A stretch of DNA of 64,000 nt from Candidatus Latescibacterota bacterium (GCA_965226795.1 CBDDDZ010000004.1:768001-832000), one strand, 5' to 3'. Counted from the stretch's first letter, positions 9,414 to 21,047 are shown. The notes: generated by a model from the sequence alone, not told the origin. Numbers and translations are program-made.

Positions 9414-11003
9414 ATGGCAAGGAAGGTCCTTATGCATAGAGTCAATCGTCGTTCCGCTGTATTATTAAGTTCCATCTGGCTCCTGACGCTCGCCTTTCCC
9501 GTCCTGGCCTTTGCGGAGGGAACGGCCCAGATGGAAACCGAAACGTTAAACAGTTGGATACAGACCAATCTTGCCGACCTGGACAGCCTCTTCGGAAACA
9601 CGGTCGAACTCATGGGGACGGTCCTCTTCGCGTCGTTCGGCACGGGAATTCCGCTCATCGTGATGATCCTTCTTCTGGGAGGTATCTATTATTCCTTTTT
9701 CTTCAGATGGTTATCCATAAAGGGGTTCCGCCACTCCATAGACATCATCCGCGGCCGCTTCGATAATCCCGATGATCCCGGAGAAATCTCACATTTCCAG
9801 GCCCTCACCAGTGCACTCTCGGCCACGGTCGGGCTCGGAAACATCGCAGGCGTGGCCATCGCCGTGAGCCTTGGCGGCCCCGGCGCGATTTTCTGGATGC
9901 TCGTCACCGCGGTCTTCGGCATGTCCTCCAAACTCGCCTCCTGCACCCTGGCCATCATGTACAGGCAGATACACCCCGACGGACATGTCTCAGGCGGCCC
10001 GATGTATTACCTGGAAAACGGCCTTAAATTAAAGGGCATGGGGCAATTCGGCCGCACCCTGGCCGTGATGTTCGCCTTTCTGACCGTGGGCGGAAGCCTC
10101 GGCGGCGGCAACATGTTTCAGGCCAATCAGACGCTGGAAATACTGGGTACCGTTTCGCCGGTCTTCAAGACCTACAACTGGTTGGTCGGCATCCTGCTCG
10201 CGGGTATGGTCGCCGTCGTGATTGTCGGCGGCATCCGGCGAATCGGCCGCGTCACGTCCCGGGTGGTGCCCACTATGTGCGTGTTATACGTGGCCACCTG
10301 CCTTCTGATTATCCTTACCAACTTTACCCGGATTCCGGAATTGCTGGTCACCATCTTAAGCCAGGCCTTTTCGCCGCAGGCGCTCTATGGCGGCTTCGTG
10401 GGTGTGATGGTAACCGGCATCAAACGCGCCGCCTTCTCGAACGAGGCCGGCCTCGGATCCGCTGCGTTCGCGCACGCCGCCGCCAAAACTAACGAACCCG
10501 CCCGGGAGGGCATGGTGGCCATGATCGGACCCTTTATTGACACTGTCGTCATCTGCCTGATGACGGGCCTTATCTGTCTGATCACGGGCGTCTACGCGGA
10601 CCCTCAATTCCTCGGTCAGGCCCAGCAGGGCCATCCGGTGGGCGCGGCCATGACGGCCGCGGCTTTCGAATCCTTCATTCCCGGCGCCCGCTATGTACTC
10701 GCAATCGCCGTGGTGCTCTTTGCCTATTCCACCATGATTTCCTGGTCCTATTACGGCGAACGCGCCTGGGAGTATCTTTTCGGAGATGGCACGATCCTCG
10801 CGTACCGCATCATCTTCGTCGTTTTTGTTTTCTTCGGCGCCGTTACCGCCCTGGACAACGTGCTCAGCTTCACGGACATGATGATCCTTGGAATGGCATT
10901 CCCCAACATCATCGGCGGCGTGATCCTGAGCCCACAGATCAAGGCCGCCCTCTACGATTACTGGGACCGGCTGAAATCCGGACGGATGACCATGTACAAG
11001 TAA
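9414..11003 (+). CDS. Sodium:alanine/glycine symporter (AGCS family)
   Basis: ATVGLGNIAGVA, GGPGAIFWM, GGPMYYL, FSNEAGLGS motifs. Confidence 0.92.
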   Translation: MARKVLMHRVNRRSAVLLSSIWLLTLAFPVLAFAEGTAQMETETLNSWIQTNLADLDSLFGNTVELMGTVLFASFGTGIPLIVMILLLGGIYYSFFFRWLSIKGFRHSIDIIRGRFDNPDDPGEISHFQALTSALSATVGLGNIAGVAIAVSLGGPGAIFWMLVTAVFGMSSKLASCTLAIMYRQIHPDGHVSGGPMYYLENGLKLKGMGQFGRTLAVMFAFLTVGGSLGGGNMFQANQTLEILGTVSPVFKTYNWLVGILLAGMVAVVIVGGIRRIGRVTSRVVPTMCVLYVATCLLIILTNFTRIPELLVTILSQAFSPQALYGGFVGVMVTGIKRAAFSNEAGLGSAAFAHAAAKTNEPAREGMVAMIGPFIDTVVICLMTGLICLITGVYADPQFLGQAQQGHPVGAAMTAAAFESFIPGARYVLAIAVVLFAYSTMISWSYYGERAWEYLFGDGTILAYRIIFVVFVFFGAVTALDNVLSFTDMMILGMAFPNIIGGVILSPQIKAALYDYWDRLKSGRMTMYK

Positions 11004-11017
11004 CCGCAAACACCCGC

Positions 11018-11058
11018 AATAAAGGGGCGCTGCAATATCGCAGCGCCCCTCTTTTATT
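11018..11058 (+). terminator. Rho-independent terminator, probably bidirectional
   Basis: aggggcgctgc-loop-gcagcgcccct with A-rich and T-rich flanks right after the symporter stop. Confidence 0.8.
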
Positions 11059-11158
11059 TAAGGGCATCACCTTTTTGCGAGTAACAACACCGGGATCTCG
11101 CGTTTCGCTACCTGCGAAATAGAATCTCCTCCACCCCCATAACGTCCCCTATTCCCTT

Positions 11159-11330
11159 GCCCTTTTTCTTTCTCGCCAAAGAAAAAGGGCCAAAAAGAAC
11201 GGCGCCGCTCGGCGCGGGGCCGGTTTTTCCACGAATCCCCTCAGTGGCATAGACGGGTGACTGTGCCCTGCGTACAAATCCGACCCCGCGATGCTTCTAT
11301 GCAGGACGGAATAACGTGGAAAAACCCCCC
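11159..11330 (+). repeat. Structured intergenic element, copy A
   Basis: 13-bp hairpin gccctttttcttt/aaagaaaaagggc, then caaaaagaac..cgccgct..cgcggggc, stem ggtttttccacg/cgtggaaaaacc; homologous to 28155-28328 and, inverted, to 11569-11723. Confidence 0.75.
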
Positions 11331-11435
11331 GCTCCTCCACCGGAAGGTCGTGAGGTAGACCTGGAAGGACGGCCGCCTGGATTTGCATTCGAACGGCCGA
11401 TCGCCGTATGATTGCGCAGCGCGTTCGTTGTATTC

Positions 11436-11459
11436 CTAGGGGCGACTCATGAGTCGCCC
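11436..11459 (+). repeat. GTAG-class REP-like palindrome
   Basis: ctag followed by the perfect 20-bp palindrome gggcgactcatgagtcgccc. Confidence 0.6.
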
Positions 11460-11568
11460 GCATGGTGGTCCGCATATCGCCGATAGATTTCGCCAAGCCA
11501 TATCGCTCGCTCTCAGATAGCCATTCGGTTATCGAACGCGACGTCTCCCGCGAGCACTCCCAGAGCAG

Positions 11569-11723
11569 AGCGCGCTATTCCGTTCCCCAGCGAACTCCGA
11601 TATCCACCTTCGCTTGCAGGGCAGTGCATTACGTGCGTCCCCTGAGGGTATTCGCGCTGTGCATTTGACAGGCCCCGCGCCCAGCGGCGACTTTTGGTTC
11701 CTTTTGGTCGCTTCAAAAGGAAC
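11569..11723 (-). repeat. Structured intergenic element, copy C (inverted relative to A)
   Basis: Reverse strand reads hairpin gttccttttg/caaaaggaac, caaaag-tcgccgctgggcgcggggc, cgaataccctcag, gccctgc, aacggaatagcgcg, with the same motif order as copy A. Confidence 0.7.
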
Positions 11724-11856
11724 ACGCCGTAGGCAGGGAATTTGGAGAAAGGTGGTTCTTGAATTTGGTTTTGATCCTTCATTGTCCTTCCCCGCCGGAG
11801 GCGTGGAGCCGGGGGGAGAGGTCCCGCCTTAAGCTGAAAGCTGATAGCTAATTCCG

Positions 11857-12831
11857 CTAAACTTCCGCAACGGATACCGGTTCGCCCGTCTCGAGCGAAC
11901 GGTTCACCGCCACAACCACCTGCTGGGTTTTCACGGCATCCGAGTACGGACATCGCAGCTTCGATCCATCACCGGTGCGCACCGCCTCAATAAACGCGTT
12001 ATCCATTTCCTGCCAGTAGTCGTTGCCGACCTCGATATACTCGGACCGATCCCCCTGCACAACTGTAATGGACTTTCTCTCCTTGTACTCAATCACCATA
12101 TCCTTCGTGTAGATATCCAGCCCGCCGCGATGCCCACACGATAGGAAACAGGCCGAAAAAATCGTCGCCAGCGTTCCGTTCTCGAAAATCAACGTGGCCG
12201 CGCTCGCGTCTTCAATATCGTAATCCTCCACATCCGCCATCAATCCAGTACGGCCCCCGGCATATACCGTTTTCACGTCGCCGAAAAGATACCTGGCCAT
12301 ATCCGTCACGTGAACCGTCTGCTCAACGGCCTGCCCCCCTGACATCTGCTTCCGCCGCCACCAGTACGTGCCAGGCAGCCCGCCCATCCAATACCCGATG
12401 GCCAGCCCGACCTGGCGGCTCGCAAGCAGGTCCTGCGTTTTTTCAATAATATCCAGGTACCGACCCTGGAAGCCCACGCAGGAAATTACACCGTGTTCCC
12501 GAATGGCCGCGTCGGCCTCCCGCGCCGTATCCATGTGAAGGGCGATCGGCTTCTCCACAAACAGCGCGATCCCCTTCTCCGCGGCCAGGATCTCCTGTGC
12601 TTCGTGCGCAAAGGGAGGGATGCAGATATATACCGCATCCAACTCCACCTCGTCCAACATGGACCTGTAGTCCGTGAATACCCTGGCATCCCACTCCGCC
12701 GCCGCCGCGGCGGCCTTCGCCCGGTCCACGTCGCAAATGGCCACCATCGCCACGTCGTCGATGCGCTTCAGATGCCGGCGATGCGCACGTGAGATATTCC
12801 CCGCACCTATAAGACCAACTTTTACCGTCAT
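11857..12831 (-). CDS. Gfo/Idh/MocA family oxidoreductase
   Basis: GLIGAGNI Rossmann motif, FVEKPIA, EQTVHVTD. Confidence 0.9.
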   Translation of the reverse strand: MTVKVGLIGAGNISRAHRRHLKRIDDVAMVAICDVDRAKAAAAAAEWDARVFTDYRSMLDEVELDAVYICIPPFAHEAQEILAAEKGIALFVEKPIALHMDTAREADAAIREHGVISCVGFQGRYLDIIEKTQDLLASRQVGLAIGYWMGGLPGTYWWRRKQMSGGQAVEQTVHVTDMARYLFGDVKTVYAGGRTGLMADVEDYDIEDASAATLIFENGTLATIFSACFLSCGHRGGLDIYTKDMVIEYKERKSITVVQGDRSEYIEVGNDYWQEMDNAFIEAVRTGDGSKLRCPYSDAVKTQQVVVAVNRSLETGEPVSVAEV

Positions 12832-12877
12832 CCGCAGATCCTTTACAGAAAACGAACCCGGCGGGGCCGTCCGGTTG

Positions 12878-15652
12878 CTATTTCAACTCTTCCTTCAGCG
12901 CCCTGATCGTCTCCTCCAGCGCTTTCATCTCCTTTCCCGCCTGCTCCCAGTCCCACTGCTGAAACGCCGAACGCACGCGGGAATACTGCGCGTCCGCTTT
13001 CGCCGCCAGTTCGGCCGCCGAACGGCCTGTCTGCAAGGCAACGGGAAACGCCGGCGTTTCCTCCTCACTTGCGGCCATGGTGATGCCGGATCCCCCGCCG
13101 AACAGGACGGTCAGCGCCTCATCGAACGTTTTCCGCATCACCACCCGTCCACCGAAAGCGACAATCACCTGCTTCAACTCCGGAATCGCCGAACTGCGTT
13201 CCTGCTGGCGCCTCGGCGGGGGCTGGCCCCCGGGTATGCCTTCCTCCTGCCCGTACCCCTGCTGTTCGGGCTCCTGCCTCGCTTGCAGATAGATGGGTTC
13301 GACATAGATGAACGACCGCTCCACCGGAATGGCCAGGAGGTTCCCCCGGATCACCTCCGACCCCCGCTGCCCCCACAACGTCAACTGGCTGGAGATCTCC
13401 GGCTGCTGGTCCACCCGGGCCTCGATCTGCATCGGGCCGTAGATCAGCTTGTCTTTGGGCAGTTTGTACACCAGCAGATGCCCGTAGTTTTCTCCGTCCG
13501 ACCGCGCGGCGAGCCACGCAATCATATTGTCTCTCTTTGCCGGGGTAAACGGCACCATCAGCAGAAATTCCTCCTGGCTCTCACCCGGTAGCTTGACGAT
13601 GATATAGTAAGGCAGCATGGGCTGCGGCTGGTCGCTGTAGATCTCGTTCGGAATCTCCCAGAGATCCTCCTGGTTGAAAAAGACGTTGACGTCTTCCATG
13701 TGATAATTCCGGTACATGGCGGCCTGCGTGAAAAACAGGTCGATCGGATACCTCACGTGCGCCTTCAAATCTTCCGGCATGGCGGACATCGGCTGGAACA
13801 GTCCCGGAAACATCTCGCCGTAGGATCGAATCAGCGGGTCTTCCATATCCACCTGGTAGAACGTGACCGTGCCGTTGTAGGCATCGACCACCACCTTCAC
13901 CGAGTTCCTGATATAGTTGATCCGCATCCGCCCCGAGCGCGTCGAGTACGGATACATATCCGAAATCGTGTACGCGTCCTGAATCCAGAAAAGCCTTCCT
14001 TCGGAAGCCACGATATAGGGATCGGTATCGTACAGGAGAAATGGAACCAGCGTCTGAACCCGCTCCCGAATCTGCCGGCGGAACATGATGCGGCTTTCGG
14101 GCGATATGTAACCGCTCAACAGAAGGTTGACGTCCCAGAATCGAATGGCAAACGCCAACCGATTGAAGAAGCTGCCCGTGGGCACGCCGCCCAGCCCCTC
14201 ATACGTCGAATACCGGTTATCGTCTCCCTTCGGGTAGTCGAATTCCTCAATCCCGGTCTTTACCACAATGTAAGCGTATGTTCTCTCCCCGTAATAAATC
14301 TCGGGCTGCTCGATCTCCAGCCCCGGATCCGCGACCGGCGGAATATCCTTTATCATAAACGCCGGCAGTCCCTCGGAGGTCACGTGGTTAACCGGGCTCA
14401 TTGTCACCCCGTAACCATGGGTATACTGCAGACGCTCGTTGACCCAGTTCCTGGCCTGAGACGGCAGCCGGTTCGTATCCAGTTCCCTCGCGGACAACAT
14501 CACCTGCCTGTAAACGCCATCCACTGTGTACCGGTCCACGTCCACGTTCGGAAATACGTAGTACGGCCGGATCTCCTGCACCTGCTGATAGGTCTGTTTC
14601 AGAGGGCGTTCATCCCAGATCCGGATATTGCGCATCGTCAGCGGGTTGGCGCGGATATCCTCCAGCGTCAGATCCTCCGAAGCCTCGAATGGCTGTTCGT
14701 CGATCCGGTCCAGCCCGTATGCCCGGTTGGTCGCCTCGATATTGTATTTTATATACGGGGCTTCCCGGCGAAGCTCGTTCGGCTCCACTACGAGCTTCTG
14801 GACCACGGTGGCGGGGACCGCCCCCACGACAATTGTGCCGACGACCAGTACACCGATACCCCGGAGCGGCAACCGGGTATTACGCGCTCTGACGTTCAGA
14901 AACAGGAAGACCGCCGCCGCCAGGAAGACAATCACCATCAACCAGTAAGCCCAGATCTGAACGTTGACATCCACGTAACCGGCCCCGAAAAACCGTCCCT
15001 GCGAATACAGCAGGCCGTAGATTTTCAGCCGGTACTTCCATGCAAGCGCCAGAAGAAATACCCCTCCCAATGCCGAAAGATGGGCCATGGGCCGTTTCGC
15101 CACCTCGAGCCCCTCCCGGATTCCAATACCGCCCGCGGCAACGTACACCACCACCACCACCAGCGCCGACAGGACCAGTGCTGCAATCATAAACCCGGAC
15201 AGGAAATCGTAAAACGGCAGCAGAAACACATAAAAACCCACCTCCCGATTGAAAATCGGATCCACCGCACCGAAGGGCTGTTCGTAGAGGTACCGCAATA
15301 GAACCGGCCACTGGCTGGCGCCTATGTTGCCCAGGATAAACACCAATGCGGCCGCGATAAGAACCTGGGTTTTCCTGGACTGCAACACGCCACCGGGTTC
15401 GCCGTCGACCCGCAGCGCCTGCCGCGTAAAGCGTCCGGCAATCCATAGGTTCACCCCCACCACGACCGCCGCAAGCCCGCCGAAAATCATGCCCGACCCG
15501 AAGCGGGCGCGAATGATCCGCCAGAACACCGAATCGTAGTCCAGACTCCTGAACCAGAGCCAATCCGTATAGTAAGACACCAGGAAACTGATTCCGAAAA
15601 ACCCGCCAACCAGCACACCAAGAACGACCCATCCCCACGAACGCCGATCCAT
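12878..15652 (-). CDS. UPF0182 family membrane protein
   Basis: YTDWLWF, DPIFNREVGFYVF, YTHGYG, NYIRNSVKVVVDAYNG; AAGGAG RBS before ATG 15652. Confidence 0.92.
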   Translation of the reverse strand: MDRRSWGWVVLGVLVGGFFGISFLVSYYTDWLWFRSLDYDSVFWRIIRARFGSGMIFGGLAAVVVGVNLWIAGRFTRQALRVDGEPGGVLQSRKTQVLIAAALVFILGNIGASQWPVLLRYLYEQPFGAVDPIFNREVGFYVFLLPFYDFLSGFMIAALVLSALVVVVVYVAAGGIGIREGLEVAKRPMAHLSALGGVFLLALAWKYRLKIYGLLYSQGRFFGAGYVDVNVQIWAYWLMVIVFLAAAVFLFLNVRARNTRLPLRGIGVLVVGTIVVGAVPATVVQKLVVEPNELRREAPYIKYNIEATNRAYGLDRIDEQPFEASEDLTLEDIRANPLTMRNIRIWDERPLKQTYQQVQEIRPYYVFPNVDVDRYTVDGVYRQVMLSARELDTNRLPSQARNWVNERLQYTHGYGVTMSPVNHVTSEGLPAFMIKDIPPVADPGLEIEQPEIYYGERTYAYIVVKTGIEEFDYPKGDDNRYSTYEGLGGVPTGSFFNRLAFAIRFWDVNLLLSGYISPESRIMFRRQIRERVQTLVPFLLYDTDPYIVASEGRLFWIQDAYTISDMYPYSTRSGRMRINYIRNSVKVVVDAYNGTVTFYQVDMEDPLIRSYGEMFPGLFQPMSAMPEDLKAHVRYPIDLFFTQAAMYRNYHMEDVNVFFNQEDLWEIPNEIYSDQPQPMLPYYIIVKLPGESQEEFLLMVPFTPAKRDNMIAWLAARSDGENYGHLLVYKLPKDKLIYGPMQIEARVDQQPEISSQLTLWGQRGSEVIRGNLLAIPVERSFIYVEPIYLQARQEPEQQGYGQEEGIPGGQPPPRRQQERSSAIPELKQVIVAFGGRVVMRKTFDEALTVLFGGGSGITMAASEEETPAFPVALQTGRSAAELAAKADAQYSRVRSAFQQWDWEQAGKEMKALEETIRALKEELK

Positions 15653-16022
15653 GATTTCTCCTTTGCCGATAACCGGTGTTCTGCCCCAGAAATATGTCAC
15701 CATTCGGCAATCTATTTCCGGGACATAACACGCGACGAAATGATGAATTCCACCACAAGTAAACAAAAAAAACATTATTTGTCAGTAAAAAAACGTGCCG
15801 GCGCCTCCGCCTCGGCCTTCGTGCTACACAGACACCCGGCAGACCAGCTGCTCCCGAACCCGTTCCTCCTGCCCTTGCGTTGGGTTGGGCGTGTCCGCGC
15901 TGGGTGTCGGGCCGGCCCGCCCATAGCAACGCGCCAAGTCGTTGACATCCGTTGCCCTCTTTATCTTATTGTCCCTGTCCGCCCGCAGGCTTCCGTGGCC
16001 TTTCTTGCACCAGGAGCGCGCC

Positions 16023-16811
16023 ATGTCGGAATTTCAGGATAAAGTGGTCGTTGTCACCGGCGGCGCCAAAGGCATCGGCAGCGGCATCTGCCTGGCTTTC
16101 GCCAGGGAGGGCGCCCGCGTGCTCTGCGCCGACGTGGACGTTAAAGCCGGTGAACGCCTTGCCGCAGAAACCGCTTCTCTTCCCGGCCATATCCGCTTCC
16201 AGGAGGCGGACGTGGCCCGAAACGACGCCTGTCGCGCACTCGCTCAGGCCGCCGTTTCCGAATGGGGCGGCGTGGACATCCTCTGTAACAACGTGGGCGT
16301 CCAGCCCACCAGCAGCTACCTGCCCGCCCATGAACTTTCGGAAGAGACGTGGGATTATATTCTGAACGTCAACCTGAAAAGCGCCTTTCTGATGACCCGA
16401 TACTGCATACCCGAAATGATCAGACGCGGTGGCGGCGTCATCATCAACACGGCCAGCGTCCAGGGCCTGCAATCCACGAAGGGCGTATGCGCCTACGCCG
16501 CCAGCAAAGGCGGCATCCTCTCGCTGACGCGGCAGCTTGCCCTGGAGTACGCCACAGACAACGTGCGCGTGCTCGCCGTCAGCCCCGGCACCATCGACAC
16601 CCCGCTGGTCGCCGAAGCCCTGCAGGCCCTCGGCGGCGATGAGACGGAACATCGGGAACGGATGAGCCGGTCCCATCCTATCGGCCGCATCGGAACACCC
16701 GACGACATCGCGCAGGCCGTGCTGTTCCTCGCCAGCGAAAAAGCCTCTTTCATGACGGGCGAAAACGTCTGCGTGGACGGTGGGATGATGGCAAAAGGCG
16801 CATGGAGCTGA
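16023..16811 (+). CDS. SDR family oxidoreductase
   Basis: TGGAKGIG, NNVG, YAASK, PGTIDT; AGGAG RBS. Confidence 0.92.
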   Translation: MSEFQDKVVVVTGGAKGIGSGICLAFAREGARVLCADVDVKAGERLAAETASLPGHIRFQEADVARNDACRALAQAAVSEWGGVDILCNNVGVQPTSSYLPAHELSEETWDYILNVNLKSAFLMTRYCIPEMIRRGGGVIINTASVQGLQSTKGVCAYAASKGGILSLTRQLALEYATDNVRVLAVSPGTIDTPLVAEALQALGGDETEHRERMSRSHPIGRIGTPDDIAQAVLFLASEKASFMTGENVCVDGGMMAKGAWS

Positions 16812-16841
16812 ACGCCCGCATCCCAGGTCACAACCGCACCT

Positions 16842-17324
16842 ATGGACTTCCATCCGTTTATCGTCCACTTTCCTGTCGCCCTGCTCACCGTCGGCTTCTT
16901 CTGCGACGCCTTCGGCATCCTGTTCCGCAGGGATCAACTCCTCCACACAGGTTACCTTCTCCTGGTCCTGGGCGCCGTCTCGGCGATTGCGGCCGCGCTG
17001 ACCGGTAACGCCGCCGAGCAAGCGGCCGCCGACATCCCCGGCATCGACGCCGCGCTCGAACGGCACGAATCCATCTCCACCGCCGCCACGTGGCTGTCCA
17101 TCGCGCTTGCCCTCGTCCGCACTCACCTCACCGTAAAGAGAAAATTCGCCGGAACGGTGCGTGTCGTCTATCTCGCCGGAGTGGCGGCAACGGCAGTTCT
17201 CGTTGCCGTGAGCGGATATACGGGGGGTCGAATGACGTACGAATACGGGCCGGGCATCCGGCCAGTGGTGGAATCCCTCGGTCCGGACCGCCCGCTTCCA
17301 GGCGAGGACACGACCACACCCTAA
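16842..17324 (+). CDS. DUF2231-like membrane protein
   Basis: HPFIVHFPVAL N terminus, GYTGGRMTY C terminus, four TM segments. Confidence 0.75.
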   Translation: MDFHPFIVHFPVALLTVGFFCDAFGILFRRDQLLHTGYLLLVLGAVSAIAAALTGNAAEQAAADIPGIDAALERHESISTAATWLSIALALVRTHLTVKRKFAGTVRVVYLAGVAATAVLVAVSGYTGGRMTYEYGPGIRPVVESLGPDRPLPGEDTTTP

Positions 17325-17453
17325 GGTCGTTCTTGATCGGGGAACCGTTGTACCATACCTTTCCTTGGGAAAGGCATGCGCGCCTGCGCCGTTCCCGGCC
17401 CCGCTTCCTCCCGCGACACTTTCACATCACGCCGTTCGGAAAGGTCAGGCAGA

Positions 17454-19807
17454 ATGCATCCGGCAGCACATCCTCCGTTCCGCACCGCCGCCGTTCTGGG
17501 CGCGGGTGTCATGGGATCGCAAATTGCCGCCCACCTGGCCAACGCCGGGCTGTCCGTGCACCTGCTGGATCTTCCGGGCAATGAAAAAAACAGAAACGCT
17601 ATTGTCGACGGGGCGCTCAAGGGACTCGAGCGTCTGAGCCCCGCTCCCCTGTTTACGGAAGGAACCGCCCGCCGCATCACTCCCGGGAACATCGAGGACG
17701 ACTTCCACCTGGCGTCCGAAGCGGACTGGATCATCGAAGCCGTCGTTGAGAAGCCCCGGGTCAAGCAGCAGATTATGGCGCGCCTGGAAGCCACCGCGAA
17801 CAGCCATGCCGTTATTTCCACAACACCAGCGGCATCCCGATTCACCTGATCGCACAGGACCGGTCTTCGGATTTCAAGCGACGCTTCCTCGGCACGCACT
17901 TCTTCAACCCGCCGCGCTACCTTAAGCTCCTGGAACTCATCCCCCTTCCGGAAACCGATCCGGCCGTTGTCGACCGTATTTCGCGGTTTGGCCGCGTACG
18001 GCTGGGCAAAGGCATTGTCGTTGCAAACGACGCACCGGGCTTCATTGGCAACCGCATCGGCGTGTACGCCATGTTGCAGTGTATTAAAGCCTTTACGGAG
18101 GGCGGCTACACCATCGAGGAAGTAGACGCCCTTACGGGCCCGCTGCTGGGACGTCCCAGGTCCGCCACGTTCAGAACGGCCGACGTTGTCGGGCTGGACA
18201 CCCTCGCGCACGTTGCCGCCTACCTCCACGACGCCCTGCCGGACGACGAAAGCCGGGAACAGTTCCGGATACCCGAACTGGTAACCCACCTGGTTGAAAA
18301 TGGGGCCACCGGCGCCAAGGCGGGCATGGGTTTTTACAAGAAAGAGGGGCGGAACATCCTCTCGTTCAACCCGGAAACCCGCGCGTACGAACCTCCGGCG
18401 GAACAGAAACTGGGGGATCTCGAACCGATACGGAAACAGAGGGACCTTTCCCTGCGACTCCGCGGCCTTTACGCGCACGAAGGGCGGGCAGGCGCCTTCT
18501 TCCGGAGACACGTCCTGGAAACGCTGGGATACAGCGCCCGCCGTATCCCCGAAATCACCGCGAATCCGGCCGACATAGATCGCGCCCTGCGCTGGGGATT
18601 CGGCTGGGAGGCAGGGCCCTTTGAAATGTGGGATATCATCGGTTTCGATACCATCCTCGAAGACCTGGCAGCCGAGAACATCCACGTGCCGGGCTGGGTC
18701 GAAACCATGTCCAGGGCAGGCGCCTCCGGATTCCGCGACCGCTCACGGGTTTATCTGCCTGACCGCGGATACGTGCGGGAATCCGTGGCGGCCGACGAAT
18801 TCTCCTCTCCCGCCATCCACACGGAAAAGCAGCACATCCGCTGGCAAAACGAGGAAGCCGTTCTGCTTGACCTCGGAGAGGATATCGCCCTCTTCGAATA
18901 CCGCTCAAAAGCAAACTCCATGGGCGAAAAACTCGTACGCGGTCTTTTCGACGTGGTCGACATCGTCGAAAAGGGGAATTACCGCGGAATGGTCATCTGC
19001 AACGAGGGCAAGAACTTCTCCGTAGGTGCGAATCTCGGGGAAATGGTCGCGCACGCGGACCAGAACCGTTTCGACCGGATGGACCGGCTCCTGGTCAATT
19101 TCCAGCAGATGATCCAGCGGGTCCACTATTCGGGCAAACCCGTCGTCGTCGCCACTCACGGCCGTGTCCTCGGCGGCGGGTGCGAGCTCACGCTGGCCTG
19201 CGCCAGCCCCGTGGCCGCGGCGGAATCCTACATCGGTCTTGTGGAACTGGCCGTGGGACTCATCCCGGGCGGGTGCGGCACCATGCGCATGGCAGCGCTT
19301 TCTCACGAGCGCGCGTCGTCCGAGCACGACAGCCACATCCAGCCCTTTCTGACAAGGGCCTTTGAAACGGTGGCCATGGCAAAGGTATCCAACAGTGCTC
19401 ATCAGGCGAGGGAATACGGGTTTCTGCCGCCTGGTGCGGCCATTGTTATGAACCAGGACCACCGGCTCCACGCCGCCAGACAGGAAGTCCTGCGCCTCTC
19501 CAACCAGGGATACGCGCCGCCGCCGGTTCGCCTTGCTATCAGAGTCCTTGGCCAACCGGCACGCGCCAGGTTCGAGGTGACAACCTACAATAGGCTCCGC
19601 TCGGGTTTCATCACCGAATACGACCGCTACCTGGCCAACCGGTTCGCCTACGTGCTTACCGGCGGAGACCTTACCGGCCCCGCGAACGTACACGAAGATT
19701 ATCTTCTCGAACTGGAACGCGAAGTCTTCGTCGCCCTTACGGGCGAAGAGAAAACCCGGGAACGGATCTACAGCATCCTGCGGACCAACAGACCCCTTCG
19801 AAATTAA
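17454..19807 (+). pseudogene. fadN: 3-hydroxyacyl-CoA dehydrogenase/enoyl-CoA hydratase (FadN-like), split by a 1-nt deletion near 17820 (real or sequencing error)
   Basis: VLGAGVMGSQIA and IIEAVVE in one frame; NTSGIPI..GTHFFNPPRY continues in another; att tcc ac aac lacks one base of STNTS. Confidence 0.8.
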
Positions 19808-19862
19808 CCCGGACGGAATCCGGTCCGTCGGACGGTACAAGAGAGAAAAGGGCGAAACCGCC

Positions 19863-21047
19863 ATGATCAACGAAACCTGCATCGTCAGCAGCGTCCGCAC
19901 GGCTGTCGCCAAAGCCGGGAGAGGAGCCCTGCGCAATGTCCGGCCCGAAACCATGGGCGCCGCCGCCGTCAACGGCGCCATTGCACGGGTGGAGGGCCTT
20001 CCGCCCGCTCGTATCGACGACGTCATCATGGGCTGCGCATTTCCGGAAGCGCAGCAGGGGATGGTTCTCGGACGCGTAATTGCCCGGAAAGCGGGCCTGC
20101 CCGATACGGTTCCCGGCGTAACCATCAACCGCTTCTGCGCCTCCGGGCTGCAATCCATCGCGATGGCCCACCAGGCGATCTCCGCGGGCCAGGCCGACGT
20201 GATCGTCGCCGGCGGCGCCGAATCCATGAGTCTCGTGCCCATGGGCGGAAACCATTTCATGCCCGACCCCGACATCACGCGGGAAGACCCGGACCTCTAC
20301 ATCGACATGGGCAACACCGCCGAAAACCTGGCCGAAAGCCAGAACATCTCGCGGAAGGAACAGGACGACTTCGCCCTGCGTTCCCATCAGCGCGCGCTGA
20401 CCGCCGCCGCCGATGGCCGCTTCAACGACGAGATCGTACCCCTGCACGTGGCGGACACCGTGTACGACAATGGCCGGACAACATCCACCGAAACGACGTT
20501 CAGGGCGGACGAAGGGCCTCGCGCCGACACCAGCGCCGACGCCCTCGCCCGGCTCAGGCCGGCCTTTCGCGTTGGCGGCACGGTCACCGCGGGGAATGCC
20601 TCCCAGGTGTCGGACGGAGCGGCCGCAACGGTGGTCATGAGCGGACAGACGGCCAGAGAACTCCAGGTGGAGCCCATGGCGCGGCTCGTGGGTTATGCCG
20701 TGGCCGGCGTCGCGCCGGAAATCATGGGCATCGGACCCGCCGAAGCCGTTCCGAAAGCGCTGCACCAGGCGGGCCTCACCCTGGAAGATATCGGCCTGAT
20801 CGAACTGAACGAAGCGTTCGCGGCCCAGGCCCTCGCCGTAATCTGCAAACTGGGCCTGAACCCCGACATCGTCAACGTTAACGGCGGCGCCATCGCGCTC
20901 GGCCATCCCCTGGGCTGCACCGGCGCCAAACTCACCGCCACCCTCCTGCACGAGATGATCCGCCGTAACATCCGCTACGGCATCTGTACCATGTGCATCG
21001 GCAGCGGTATGGGCGCGGCGGGAATTTTCGAGAATCTAAAGGTGTAA
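19863..21047 (+). CDS. fadA: Acetyl-CoA C-acyltransferase (thiolase)
   Basis: [27 protein letters not shown]. Confidence 0.93.
   Translation: MINETCIVSSVRTAVAKAGRGALRNVRPETMGAAAVNGAIARVEGLPPARIDDVIMGCAFPEAQQGMVLGRVIARKAGLPDTVPGVTINRFCASGLQSIAMAHQAISAGQADVIVAGGAESMSLVPMGGNHFMPDPDITREDPDLYIDMGNTAENLAESQNISRKEQDDFALRSHQRALTAAADGRFNDEIVPLHVADTVYDNGRTTSTETTFRADEGPRADTSADALARLRPAFRVGGTVTAGNASQVSDGAAATVVMSGQTARELQVEPMARLVGYAVAGVAPEIMGIGPAEAVPKALHQAGLTLEDIGLIELNEAFAAQALAVICKLGLNPDIVNVNGGAIALGHPLGCTGAKLTATLLHEMIRRNIRYGICTMCIGSGMGAAGIFENLKV

Noticed and set aside
13700..15301. Long antisense ORFs (also 17321-18685, 18905-20278, 54140-55438)
   Set aside because: Shadow frames opposite well-supported genes in GC-rich DNA, with no recognisable motifs
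15942..15972. Sigma70 promoter from TTGACA before the SDR gene
   Set aside because: Candidate -10 hexamers lie at 14 or 19 bp spacing, not 16-18
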